Shown here one piece after another: positions 9,199 to 19,159 of a stretch of 64,000 nt of DNA. The number at the start of each line of letters is the position of its first letter. Positions within the stretch are counted from its first letter, which is position 1. The stretch spans positions 1,401-65,400 of the forward strand of contig RFPC01000006.1 in the NCBI GenBank assembly GCA_009926305.1. The letters run 5' to 3'. The position numbers and the translations under genes were made by a program. The notes below the pieces were generated by a model. That model did no database searches. It was given only the letters and a program-made list of their open reading frames with translations, and was not told the origin of the DNA. This stretch comes from a bacterium. GTDB taxonomy: Bacteria > Bdellovibrionota_C > UBA2361 > RFPC01.

Positions 9199-10746
9199 AT
9201 GCTTAATCTTACCCCGTTTTTAAAAGCCTACTCTTTATATCGAGGGCATCAGCTTTCCAAACAAAACCCGGTTGAATGCCAGCGCCAGATTCTCAATAAA
9301 CTGGTACAAAAAGCGAAAGATACTCAATTTGGACAGCAGTATAATTTTCGGAAAGTTACATCTGTAGAAACATATCAAGAAACTGTGCCACTTCGCACAT
9401 ATGAGGACTTCTGGAAAGAATTTTGGGAGCCCTGCTTTCCTCATGTAAAAGACTGCACGTGGCCGGGGACTATTACTTGCTTTCCAGTAAGCTCGGGAAC
9501 AAGCTCAGGCACAACGAAATTTATTCCTTATACAAAAGAAATGAACGCATCAAATGCAAAAGCAGGGCTGGATGTTCTCGTTCATCATGTTTCAAACCGA
9601 CCTCAGACGAAACTTCTCGGGGGCCTCAACTTTATGCTTGGGGGTAGCACTGTTCTTAAAGAAGAAGCGCCTGGAATTTATAGTGGAGACCTAAGTGGAA
9701 TTTCTGTAAAGAATCTTCCATGGTGGATTCGTCCTCGCTATTTTCCAAACGAAGACCTTGCTCTTTTAAGTAATTGGGAAGAAAAAATTCAACGGCTGGC
9801 AGAGGAAAGCTTGACCAAGGATATTAGAACGCTCAGTGGTGTCCCCTCATGGATGCTTATCTTTATCGATAAATTGGCTGAGCTGAAGCCGCACCTACCA
9901 AGGAAGCTCTCTTCATACTTTCCGAATCTTGAACTCGTTATTCATGGTGGTGTTAACTTCACTCCCTATTACGATCAGTTCCAGGAACTCCTCGATGGAA
10001 GCCATGCCGAGCTTCGCGAAGTCTACCCAGCCAGCGAAGGATTCATTGCCATTGGAGACCGCGGCTATGGCGAAGGACTCCGGCTCCTGCTAGATACAGA
10101 TATCTTCTTTGAGTTCATTCCAGTTGACGAACTTGATCACGCTACTCCAACGCGTCACTGGGTTGGAAACATTGAAGAAGGGATCAATTATGCGATTGCA
10201 CTTACTACGTGTGCTGGTCTCTGGTCCTATGTCATTGGTGATACCGTACGATTCATAGACACAGAAATACCCCGACTTCTTATAACTGGAAGAACCTCGT
10301 ACTCTCTCTCGGCATTCGGAGAACACTTGATTGCGGAAGAAGTCGAAGACGCCGTTCATACCGCTCTGACCTCGCTTGGACTACGTGTTACAGACTACTG
10401 CGTCGGTGCTGTTTTCCCACAAGACACAGGAGAGCTAGGGGGACACCTGTATATCATGGAGCTTACCGATGAAGGACATTCAGCACAGGAAGCCGACAAA
10501 GCAAGTTTACTGATTGATCAGCGCCTCTGCGAACGGAATGAAGACTACGAAGCACACCGTGCCGAGGGATTTGGACTCAAAGCTCCAAGAGTTGAGTTTG
10601 TACCACACGGCTTCTTTGCTGCTTGGATGAAATCTCGCGGCAAATTAGGGGGGCAGAATAAAGTTCCTCGACTCGTGAGCAAACCTGAGCTTTTCGAAGA
10701 CCTTTGTACTTTCCTTAAAACAGAATACGCATCCTCCAAGCACTAA
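9199..10746 (+). CDS. GH3 family acyl-acid amido synthetase-like adenylating enzyme
   Basis: FPVSSGTSSGTTKFIPYT and YPASEGF motifs, plus a length and layout typical of bacterial GH3 auxin-responsive-promoter family proteins. Confidence 0.75.
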   Translation: MLNLTPFLKAYSLYRGHQLSKQNPVECQRQILNKLVQKAKDTQFGQQYNFRKVTSVETYQETVPLRTYEDFWKEFWEPCFPHVKDCTWPGTITCFPVSSGTSSGTTKFIPYTKEMNASNAKAGLDVLVHHVSNRPQTKLLGGLNFMLGGSTVLKEEAPGIYSGDLSGISVKNLPWWIRPRYFPNEDLALLSNWEEKIQRLAEESLTKDIRTLSGVPSWMLIFIDKLAELKPHLPRKLSSYFPNLELVIHGGVNFTPYYDQFQELLDGSHAELREVYPASEGFIAIGDRGYGEGLRLLLDTDIFFEFIPVDELDHATPTRHWVGNIEEGINYAIALTTCAGLWSYVIGDTVRFIDTEIPRLLITGRTSYSLSAFGEHLIAEEVEDAVHTALTSLGLRVTDYCVGAVFPQDTGELGGHLYIMELTDEGHSAQEADKASLLIDQRLCERNEDYEAHRAEGFGLKAPRVEFVPHGFFAAWMKSRGKLGGQNKVPRLVSKPELFEDLCTFLKTEYASSKH

Positions 10747-11012
10747 ACAGAGCTCAGAGAACAAAAGGAAGCATCTAGCTAACCGACTGAAAATACTAAT
10801 TTTTAGCTGCGTTAGCGCCCTTTTACGCCGCGTAGTGGTTTCATACACTACATTACGTTACACTCCTAAGACTTCTGGAGCGCTCTCAGATTGCGCCATC
10901 GTTCTCTCGATGAACTCCGAAGTGGAATAGCGTTATATCGAGAATCGTTATTTGTTTAGAGAATATTGTGGCGCCGGATTGCCACCTATAGAGACAACGA
11001 AAAAGGAAGCTC

Positions 11013-11972
11013 ATGTTTCAAGGCGATATTGTTGGGGATGACACAAAGGGAATGAACTATGCGGTCCGTCACTATCTCTTTTGGGGAGTTCATCTCGTGT
11101 GTATCTTTGCACTCTTTACAGATGTCAGCTGGATAGCGCTGGCAGTATGTGCCTTCCTTTACTTCATTCGGATGTTTGCAATTACTGGTGGTTATCACAG
11201 GTACTTTTCACATAGAACGTTCAAGACGTCTCGGGTATTTCAGTTCCTTTTAGGATTTCTTGGCGCCACCTCTGGTCAGAAAGGGCCAATTTGGTGGTCT
11301 TCTCATCACCGACATCACCATCAACACTCAGATCAGCCAGATGATGTTCACTCTCCAGTAGTATCTGGAATCTACTATGCACATATCGGATGGATCTTGA
11401 GCCGACAGTTCATCCATACCCGGCACGAGCTTGTAAAAGATTTGACGAAGTTCCCGGAACTCAAGTTGCTCGATGCATACAATTGGATCCCGCCAACGGC
11501 ACTTGGATTCTTCTGTTTCTACCTAGGAGTTGCTCTTGACCATTTCTTCCCAGCATTGGGGACTTCGGGCTTTCAGATGCTTATGTGGGGCTTCTTTGTG
11601 AGCACCGTTCTCCTATACCATGGAACCTTTTGTATCAACTCTTTTACTCACCTATTCGGCTCACGAAGGTTTCAAACCACTGATGATAGCAGAAACAATC
11701 TGCTCCTATCTTTGATTACCCTCGGAGAGGGCTGGCACAACAATCACCATCGTTATCCTGGTTCAGAGAAGCAAGGCTTTTACTGGTGGGAGATAGACAT
11801 CACTCACTACATATTGAAGTGCTTATCGTGGTTTGGAATTGTTTGGGACCTCCGTGTTCCACCGCAAAGAATCTATGATGAAGCGAAAAACACCTCAAAA
11901 GAGGAAGCGAATAAAATAAGAGCGGTAGAGCAAAAGGTTCAGGAAGCCCCAGCACAGACTAAAGCTGCCTAG
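11013..11972 (+). CDS. acyl-CoA (delta-9 type) fatty acid desaturase
   Basis: Three histidine boxes (HRYFSH, HHRHHHQHSD, GEGWHNNHHRYP) with flanking TM helices. The true start may be the internal M at MNYAV. Confidence 0.88.
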   Translation: MFQGDIVGDDTKGMNYAVRHYLFWGVHLVCIFALFTDVSWIALAVCAFLYFIRMFAITGGYHRYFSHRTFKTSRVFQFLLGFLGATSGQKGPIWWSSHHRHHHQHSDQPDDVHSPVVSGIYYAHIGWILSRQFIHTRHELVKDLTKFPELKLLDAYNWIPPTALGFFCFYLGVALDHFFPALGTSGFQMLMWGFFVSTVLLYHGTFCINSFTHLFGSRRFQTTDDSRNNLLLSLITLGEGWHNNHHRYPGSEKQGFYWWEIDITHYILKCLSWFGIVWDLRVPPQRIYDEAKNTSKEEANKIRAVEQKVQEAPAQTKAA

Positions 11973-12099
11973 CGCTGTGTTTTCAGGTCTGGAGGCAGCG
12001 AGAAGTGAACCGTAAATTAGAAACGGAACTTCTTCGCGCTAGTCCAGAATGACTGACACCCTAAACTCGTGGAACGCTTGACCTCTGTGAATTCAAATT

Positions 12100-13299
12100 A
12101 TGAAGCGTAGCGTGACACAGACTCTTTTTGATACTCCATCAAACCCTAAGCTGCCTCTTGCTGAACAGGTTCGTCCTCATTCGCTAGACGAGATGCTCCC
12201 CCCTTGTGGAATCAGCCCTCACTTATGGAAAAACATTTGTAATCCAAAAATAGCGCTTCAAAGCATGATTTTCTGGGGACCCCCAGGATCAGGAAAGACG
12301 ACTCTAGCACGTGCCATTGGAAAAACGAGAGACGTTTTGTTTAAAGAACTCTCCGCAGTGAATGCAGGAGTTCGAGAAGTTCGCGACCTCGTGAAAGAGA
12401 CCAGACAAGGCACGCCACCTCTCCTACTCTTCCTTGATGAGGTTCATAGATTTAATCGGACGCAGCAAGATATCCTGCTGCCACTCATTGAAGAGGGCCG
12501 CATCATATTTATTGGAGCGACTACCGAAAATCCTTCATTTGCACTGTCCCCGGCTCTCCTTTCACGGTGTGGGCTCATTCGATTAGCAGGTTTTGATGAT
12601 GAGGCGCTCACACACATTCTTTCCAGTGTCCTTTGCTCTCTAGAAAAAACCATCCCTGAAAATCTGCAAGCAGCACTTATACACTCAGCTCAGGGAGATG
12701 CTCGCCTTCTTCTTCGCACCCTAGAGCGATATCTCTCTATGGAGGATGAGAACATACCATCATCTGCTGAATTACTCTCCGAGCAATCACACATTCACTA
12801 TGATCGTTCAGGAGATCATCACTTTGACTCCATATCTGCCTTCATAAAAAGCATGCGATCAGGAGATACTACTCAAGCGCTGTACTATGGATTGCGAATG
12901 ATTGAAGCTGGAGAAGATCCTCTCTATGTACTTCGGCGAATGATCATCTTTGCTAGCGAAGATATCGGAAATGCTCAGCCACAAGCACTGATGATCGCCA
13001 ATCAGGCTCTTGAGGCGTATAAATTCCTTGGTCTTCCAGAGGGCAAAATTGCTATCACCCAGGCAATTTGCTTTCTCTCCACTGCTCCTAAATCTCGAGC
13101 AAGCTATAATGCATTACGAAATGCTGAAAAATTCATAAAGAGCCATCCAAATATTCCAATAATGAGCGAGCTCACAAATTCCCCCATTCGTGAGAGCCCA
13201 GAAGATAAGGCCCGCATAGAAAAAGCTGCTGCTACTCTGAATTCACAAACTTTTTACTGTCCCGAGGATTCTGGATATGAAGCCCGATTGCCTAAATGA
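12100..13299 (+). CDS. rarA: replication-associated recombination protein A (MgsA/RarA AAA+ ATPase)
   Basis: FWGPPGSGKTTLA, LFLDEVHRFN, GATTENPSF, and the C-terminal MgsA domain HYDRSGDHHFDSISAFIKSMRSGD...GEDPLYVLRRM. Confidence 0.92.
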   Translation: MKRSVTQTLFDTPSNPKLPLAEQVRPHSLDEMLPPCGISPHLWKNICNPKIALQSMIFWGPPGSGKTTLARAIGKTRDVLFKELSAVNAGVREVRDLVKETRQGTPPLLLFLDEVHRFNRTQQDILLPLIEEGRIIFIGATTENPSFALSPALLSRCGLIRLAGFDDEALTHILSSVLCSLEKTIPENLQAALIHSAQGDARLLLRTLERYLSMEDENIPSSAELLSEQSHIHYDRSGDHHFDSISAFIKSMRSGDTTQALYYGLRMIEAGEDPLYVLRRMIIFASEDIGNAQPQALMIANQALEAYKFLGLPEGKIAITQAICFLSTAPKSRASYNALRNAEKFIKSHPNIPIMSELTNSPIRESPEDKARIEKAAATLNSQTFYCPEDSGYEARLPK

Positions 13300-13379
13300 C
13301 AAGGGAGATCATATATCTTCACCCCATTGTCGAGCACTCGAAACAACGATAATCTGACGATCTGAGGTTCGATTATTTT

Positions 13380-14081
13380 ATGAAGTACGCTATCGCCGAC
13401 AATCAGAGCAAGAAAAGGAGAATACCATTGCAAGCGACTCTTTTTCTTCTTCTCGCGTCCATTATCTTCACTGACTCACTGATAGCCCAATCGCGTGAGC
13501 TCCTTTCTGGTGAAGTGCCCACTCAGCTAGAGGAAGAATCAGTAGATACGTACCAAACAACAAAAGACTCAATCTTACAAAAACTCTCGACGTTAGAGAG
13601 GGTAATGGAAGACCCCTTCAATCCTCTAGAAGCACCTCCTCGATTTTCATCAGAAGAGCTTCTCATGCTGGCATCCCTTCATCTCTATTGCACTCTTAAA
13701 GAAGGAGTATGCACCTTAATTCCTTTTACGATTTTCGAATCTGACCTAATAGCCTCAGCAAGAGAGGAAAAGGCTACTTGTCCAAACCTCCTCTTTTTTT
13801 GGAAACAATGGCTCTCAGCAGATATGGAAAAACGAGTAGATATGGATCTTGGAGTTGTGCACTACGATAAACGCTCGGAGTATAAGCGAACCAAACGCTC
13901 TCAACTTCTTCGGTGCAGCAAAACCATAGCTTCCATGCTAGAGACTCAAAAAGATGTGAAAGGATACCTCTCTGAGCGTTATGGAAAGAAAAAAGAGCTG
14001 CCAACAAACCTAAAACTCTATATCACAGAGCTTCATAAGAAAATCTCTGATATTTATCAAGAAACAGGTGTCCGCAAGTAG
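13380..14081 (+). CDS. hypothetical secreted protein
   Basis: 233-aa ORF with a basic N-region followed by the hydrophobic stretch LQATLFLLLASIIFTDSLIAQS. No recognisable motif. Confidence 0.6.
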   Translation: MKYAIADNQSKKRRIPLQATLFLLLASIIFTDSLIAQSRELLSGEVPTQLEEESVDTYQTTKDSILQKLSTLERVMEDPFNPLEAPPRFSSEELLMLASLHLYCTLKEGVCTLIPFTIFESDLIASAREEKATCPNLLFFWKQWLSADMEKRVDMDLGVVHYDKRSEYKRTKRSQLLRCSKTIASMLETQKDVKGYLSERYGKKKELPTNLKLYITELHKKISDIYQETGVRK

Positions 14082-14250
14082 TCTTCCGTACGACTATGCC
14101 CACCAAATCTCTCCAGTATTTCAACTAACAATTTCAGATAATTAAGTGCGCCGTCCTCAATTTTAGAGCACATTACCAAATAGTCCTTCCATAACAGGAT
14201 CGTAAAAGAGGGATCTGGGGTCGCTTCTTACAAATGCGAGAGGGGGATAT

Positions 14251-14565
14251 ATGCGCACGCATCTTCGATATCATACGAGCCATTTACCAACGAAAGGGAA
14301 AAGAGTGCGGCACGAAATGAGAACACTCGAGACAAAGCGAAAGGGCCTCTTGGCATGCATTTCGTCTATCCTGGGATATTCGCTAATTGGCTGTACCTAC
14401 CTCAGCGTCGCACTATTCCTATTATCCTATGTAGATTCTCCTGCTACACAGGAGCTTCAAGAGGTAAGGCATGAAATCAATTATCAGATTGCTCTGGCTA
14501 AATATTCGCTCAATGAGAGTATGAATGAACAGGCTCTACGGAGGAGTCAGCAAAGAGCGAATTAA
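14251..14565 (+). CDS. hypothetical small membrane protein
   Basis: 104-aa ORF with one TM helix (LLACISSILGYSLIGCTYLSVALFLL). The start is uncertain (internal M at residue 23). Confidence 0.4.
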   Translation: MRTHLRYHTSHLPTKGKRVRHEMRTLETKRKGLLACISSILGYSLIGCTYLSVALFLLSYVDSPATQELQEVRHEINYQIALAKYSLNESMNEQALRRSQQRAN

Positions 14566-14800
14566 TACAGATGAGATTAAGGACCTTCCCTCAGTACACG
14601 TGATTATCCGTTTCATCTTTCAATGACACGAAACTCTCATCAGGAGAGCGGGTGCTTCATTCTTGCTTTTTTAAAAATAGCACGACGGTTCCTCGTATAA
14701 AATCAGTAGGTTAGAGTGGTAAATGAGCATTGAATCTGCTCTTTTTCCCTCTGCATCTTAATAAGTCGAAAGTGCGTAGTACTTACTATTTAGGATAACT

Positions 14801-15118
14801 ATGTCTCAACAAGAGCTTCCGGAGCATTTACGGCTCCAAATTCGAACTGCACTCACTCACTATGCTAAATTTTACGCCCATCTCGTTTCAGATAATGCTT
14901 CAGATGCAGAGCACGAGCTTAGACTCATAGGTGAAGTTGATAAGAGAATACGGGCCAAAGAAAGTAATCTCAGTTTCCAAGCGTATCATCGAAAGCGCAC
15001 TCAACTGATGAGAATATTCCGTTCTCAGCTGATCAAGACCATCGAGGGACAGGTACAAGAAGAGATACTCAAAAAAGCTGAAGGTCTTATCGGAAAACTA
15101 GAGATTGAAGAGATTTAA
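14801..15118 (+). CDS. hypothetical helical protein
   Basis: 105-aa ORF with an ATG start and charged, helical-type composition. No motif recognised. Confidence 0.45.
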   Translation: MSQQELPEHLRLQIRTALTHYAKFYAHLVSDNASDAEHELRLIGEVDKRIRAKESNLSFQAYHRKRTQLMRIFRSQLIKTIEGQVQEEILKKAEGLIGKLEIEEI

Positions 15119-15158
15119 TCTCTATTCTCTGACCTCATAAGCCCTTAGCATAATAATC

Positions 15159-16013
15159 ATGTCAGGATTATTTGCCGTGGTGAGTGCAGCAATATTTGCT
15201 GCCTCAAAAGATCTCTGTAGCAAAGCACTTACCTCAAGGATAACGCCAACCCTTTCAGCAATCTATTCTTTTCTATTTGCGCTTCCGTTCTACTTATTTG
15301 CACTTCTTGTGCTTAGCTTTTTTAATATCTCCATTTTCGATCTTAACCGTGAATTTTATTTTTATGTACTCCTCAGAGCTCTATCGGATATGGCTGCAGA
15401 GTGGTGCCGCATGTTTGCAGTACAGTTCGGAGACGTTTCACTTGTAATTGCCTTTATATCACTGACTCCCCTCTTTCTTCTCTTCCTTTCACCTCTCATA
15501 ACAGGAGATCTACCAACCCTAGAAGGAGCCCTTGGTGTTGCCATAATCACTCTCGGCGTCTTCATTCTCGCCGGAAACAAACTGACCTTTACTACGCATA
15601 AAAAGGGAATTCTGTTTGGATTAGCTGCTGCTTTTTTCTTTAGTCTCAATGCTTGCTTCGACCGATTAGCTACAGTTCACGCCCATCCTTTTGTCTCAGG
15701 ATTCTGGATGACTCTTGCTGCAGGTATAATCCTTATCGGCATAAGTCGAACAGGCACCCGGTCTGTATTTTCTCCGCGACTCCCTCTTGTTCTTCTGTTT
15801 AGTCGCGGCATTTTTGAGTTTCTTTTTATGAGCTCGAAGCTATGGGCTCTACAGTTTTTTCAAGCTCCCTATGTTGTCGCACTAACAAAAGTATCTTTAA
15901 TACTTGTCATATTAGGAGGAGGAATCTTTTTTAGAGAGCAACATATTAAGAGAAGGCTCCTCGGTGGACTGATAATCATCCTTGGGAGTATTACGATCAT
16001 CTTTCAAGGCTAA
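15159..16013 (+). CDS. EamA/DMT family transporter
   Basis: 284 aa with about 10 TM helices in two repeated halves, typical of drug/metabolite transporters. Confidence 0.75.
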   Translation: MSGLFAVVSAAIFAASKDLCSKALTSRITPTLSAIYSFLFALPFYLFALLVLSFFNISIFDLNREFYFYVLLRALSDMAAEWCRMFAVQFGDVSLVIAFISLTPLFLLFLSPLITGDLPTLEGALGVAIITLGVFILAGNKLTFTTHKKGILFGLAAAFFFSLNACFDRLATVHAHPFVSGFWMTLAAGIILIGISRTGTRSVFSPRLPLVLLFSRGIFEFLFMSSKLWALQFFQAPYVVALTKVSLILVILGGGIFFREQHIKRRLLGGLIIILGSITIIFQG

Positions 16014-17294
16014 CTACTGAAAAAGCACCCTTTTTATTTCGCCGAGCCATTCTTTCGGAAGGCGCTGTTTGCTAATCCATCCATCCGCATTATTCTCAGC
16101 CGAATACCGCTCAAGATCGATCTCTGGCACATTCGAAAAGAGGATCACTTTTAGATCGCTCATTGATTTTTTTAAGAGGCGGCATACTTTAGTGCCAGGA
16201 ATACCCGGCATCTGTACATCACTCACTAAAAGATCTATGTCGGAATTAAAAAGATATTCATGAATTTCTGAGCTATGCTGAGCTGTTATCACCTCGTAGC
16301 CCTCTCTCTCAAGCACATGTTGAAGGATATTCAGGATCATCTCATCATCATCGAGACAGAGAATGCGAGTTGGATGATTCACTCCTTCAGTCGGCTTGGT
16401 AAGTACGTTGACGGCACTCTGAGTCTTTGGAAGCGAACAATTCGGACCAGCTGCAGCAAGAACCTCTCCCTCATGAACCGTCAGTGCTTCCTCACATTGC
16501 CGCTGAAATTCACCTGCATTGGGAAATCGTTCCGCTGGGGATTTTGCCAGAGCTTTGCGTACCACTTTTTCAATTGTATCAGATACTCCGAACTCTTCCG
16601 CCAGAGAGGGAAGGGGTTGTGTTAGATGAAGAATGAGTGTTTGAACAACATTGTCTCCCTCAAAAGGCACTTTCCCTGCGATAAGCTCAAAGAGCACAAT
16701 ACCCAGAGAGTAGAAATCTACTCTGTGATCAATTTCTTCCTCTCCTGCTGCTTGCTCTGGAGACATATAGCACGGCGTTCCGAAAACAATTTGGTCATCG
16801 CCTAGTTGCTGACGTAAAAATGCAGTGCCGAAGTCTAAAACTTTGACGCATAACTCGCCTTCTTCGGTAGATTCGAGAAAAAGATTCTCTGGTTTAATAT
16901 CTCCGTGAATAATTCCAGCACTATGCGCTACATCAAGCACACCCAAGACCTGCATTGCTATCCTCAGAGTATCCCCAAATGAAAAATAGTGGCCCGCATC
17001 TATCCGATGTCTTATTGATTCACCCTGACAATAATCCATCGCCATATAGTAGCTGCCATCGAGCGTCTTACCGAAATCACGGACTTGTGCAACCCGTGGA
17101 TGATTGAAACTGAGCAAAAGAGCGGCTTCTTTCTTAAAACGCTCTACTCCCATGGGTTGAGAGATCGCATCACTTTTTAGAATCTTAAGAGCATACTGGA
17201 CACCGAGATCAACATGCCGAACAAGCAGCACCTTCCCCGAGCCTCCTTCTCCAAGCTCTCTTAAAGGGATATATTTTCCAGCTATCAACTCCAT
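16014..17294 (-). CDS. Hanks-type Ser/Thr protein kinase fused to a C-terminal response-regulator receiver domain
   Basis: GEGGSGKV glycine loop, ALK, HGDIKPENLF, DFGTA and YMSPEQ. The C-terminal stretch ILCLDDDEMILNIL...DLLVSDVQMPGIPG...LKVILFS reads as a REC domain. The ORF track starts at 17366; ATG 17294 (MELIAGKY) is preferred. Confidence 0.88.
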   Translation of the reverse strand: MELIAGKYIPLRELGEGGSGKVLLVRHVDLGVQYALKILKSDAISQPMGVERFKKEAALLLSFNHPRVAQVRDFGKTLDGSYYMAMDYCQGESIRHRIDAGHYFSFGDTLRIAMQVLGVLDVAHSAGIIHGDIKPENLFLESTEEGELCVKVLDFGTAFLRQQLGDDQIVFGTPCYMSPEQAAGEEEIDHRVDFYSLGIVLFELIAGKVPFEGDNVVQTLILHLTQPLPSLAEEFGVSDTIEKVVRKALAKSPAERFPNAGEFQRQCEEALTVHEGEVLAAAGPNCSLPKTQSAVNVLTKPTEGVNHPTRILCLDDDEMILNILQHVLEREGYEVITAQHSSEIHEYLFNSDIDLLVSDVQMPGIPGTKVCRLLKKSMSDLKVILFSNVPEIDLERYSAENNADGWISKQRLPKEWLGEIKRVLFQ

Positions 17295-17398
17295 TGAACT
17301 CCGACGGACTACATTTTCATATAACCTATCGGAAGGAATAGAGAACCTCATGAGGAGGAATGTCATGAAAACACGTATACGAAAGATTCGTATTTCTA

Positions 17399-17581
17399 CT
17401 AGCGCTCACGATTTACTAGTGATTTCGCAAGTTTCTCAGAGTCAACCTGATATGTCCCGTTCTGAATCTGTTCTTTTAATGCTTCTGACCGTTTTAATCG
17501 CTCACTCAACCAACTGAGAGTGAGTGAAGTTAAAGATCTTTTTCTCTTCAGTTTTGGAATATCTGTCTTTTTTTCTTCCAT
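17399..17581 (-). CDS. flgM: FlgM-like anti-sigma-28 factor family protein
   Basis: The C-terminus RSEALKEQIQNGTYQVDSEKLAKSLV matches the conserved FlgM C-terminal helix pattern (..LK..I..G.Y.VD.EKIA..L). It is only 60 aa. Confidence 0.5.
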   Translation of the reverse strand: MEEKKTDIPKLKRKRSLTSLTLSWLSERLKRSEALKEQIQNGTYQVDSEKLAKSLVNRER

Positions 17582-17722
17582 ATCAACTCGTTACTACAAA
17601 ACGAAGCACTTACGGCTTATACAAGAGAACGACCTTGAGTGACAAAGACTTAACGATTGAGAGCCAAAAGCTTGAATGCGAACTCAGGGATGAGAAGTTG
17701 CTAGTATAGTGCTTATTCTGCA

Positions 17723-18724
17723 CTAAGGCGAAATAGCTTCTTGTTGTGTTTCATGACAGGAAGAGTGACTTGCCAAGAAATTATGAACAAGCTCTTCGAC
17801 TTCCTCTGCTGATTCTGTCTCGACAAGCTGCATCCGTAACTGAGAAGCACCATCGAAGTGTGACGCATAAATTTTAAAGTATTTCTTCAAAATTCGAAAA
17901 GGTTTCTCTCCCTGCCACTCTTCCTCGAAAAGGTGAACGTGCTGCAATAAAAGCCCCAACTTCTCCGCCGGTGTTCTTTCTGCTAGCGGCGGCAATGAGC
18001 GATCGAAAAGATAAAGATTATCAAAGATTCCTCTTCCAATCATGATTCCATCTACACCAGTTTCAGCAACTCTCTGATCCGCCTCTTCAAGACTTCTTAC
18101 ATCGCCATTACCAATAATCTGAGTTTCTCCCTGAAGGGCATCTCGCATGCTAACTACTTTTGCAATTTCACCCCAGTCCGCATTTCCTTTCGAGAGTTGC
18201 TTCGCAGTTCTTCCATGAACAGTAAGTGCCGCAGGCCTCAGCTCAAGTAGAAACTGGCACCACTCCTCAGTAGCCCTTATTTTAAAGCCAATCCGCGTCT
18301 TGATACTAACGGGAAGCTCTCCAGCACCCTCTTTTGCTGCACTATAAAGCTCAGCAGCAAGAGTTGGGTTCTCAATTAAAGCTGAACAACAACCACTTTT
18401 CACTATCTTCTCAACGGGACAGCCCATATTAATGTCTATGCCGTGAAATCCTAGTTCACGAATTTGACAAGCCGCTCGAAAATAGTTCTGGGGGTTATTC
18501 CCCCAGATTTGAGCAATGAGAGGAGCCTCATCGCTTGTAAAGCGTAAGCGATGAACAACATTGCTCCATCCCGGCGAGAACATCCCGTCAGTGCTTGTAA
18601 ACTCACTAAAGAACACATCGGGAGCGGCACATAAGCCTACAAGCCGTCGAAAGACAGTATCGGTTACGTCCTCCATAGGCGCTAAGACGTAGTACGGCTT
18701 TTTAAGTTTAGACCACTGGAACAT
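17723..18724 (-). CDS. dus: tRNA-dihydrouridine synthase
   Basis: YVLAPMEDVTDTVFRRL, DINMGCP and HGRT motifs of the Dus TIM-barrel flavoenzymes. Confidence 0.9.
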   Translation of the reverse strand: MFQWSKLKKPYYVLAPMEDVTDTVFRRLVGLCAAPDVFFSEFTSTDGMFSPGWSNVVHRLRFTSDEAPLIAQIWGNNPQNYFRAACQIRELGFHGIDINMGCPVEKIVKSGCCSALIENPTLAAELYSAAKEGAGELPVSIKTRIGFKIRATEEWCQFLLELRPAALTVHGRTAKQLSKGNADWGEIAKVVSMRDALQGETQIIGNGDVRSLEEADQRVAETGVDGIMIGRGIFDNLYLFDRSLPPLAERTPAEKLGLLLQHVHLFEEEWQGEKPFRILKKYFKIYASHFDGASQLRMQLVETESAEEVEELVHNFLASHSSCHETQQEAISP

Positions 18725-18848
18725 AAAAAATCACTATTAGCTCTCCGCTCACAGAATAACAAGTCTGAGCCGAATAATAAAAAATGTTCCAACTCTTTTT
18801 CTTTCTCTTATGAATCTTTCCTGGTTATTTTTCGCATAATAGAGAGAA

Positions 18849-19091
18849 ATGCGAGAATATCGAGTACGAAAAGAGATAGATTCTCATCCAAATCCGGCAG
18901 AGCGTGATCAAGTCCGCTGGGGAGCTATCTCCCTGTTTTTTTTCAGCTATCTCCCAATTCTCCTCGGTCTTCTTGGGGCAAGAATCCTAATGCTCTACCA
19001 CGCTATGCCAGTCGTTGAGTTATCAATTATAGACGAAAGCCTTCTTCAAGTTCTTGATTTTACAATACGAATTCTTGGACTGCCTTGGTAA
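18849..19091 (+). CDS. hypothetical small membrane protein
   Basis: 80-aa ORF with an ATG start and one clear TM helix (ISLFFFSYLPILLGLLGARILML). Confidence 0.35.
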   Translation: MREYRVRKEIDSHPNPAERDQVRWGAISLFFFSYLPILLGLLGARILMLYHAMPVVELSIIDESLLQVLDFTIRILGLPW

Positions 19092-19159
19092 ACGTTCTCT
19101 CTCTTGGCTGAGGGTCCTCATCCCTTATATCTAAGCCAATACGAAGAACGTCTTCCATC

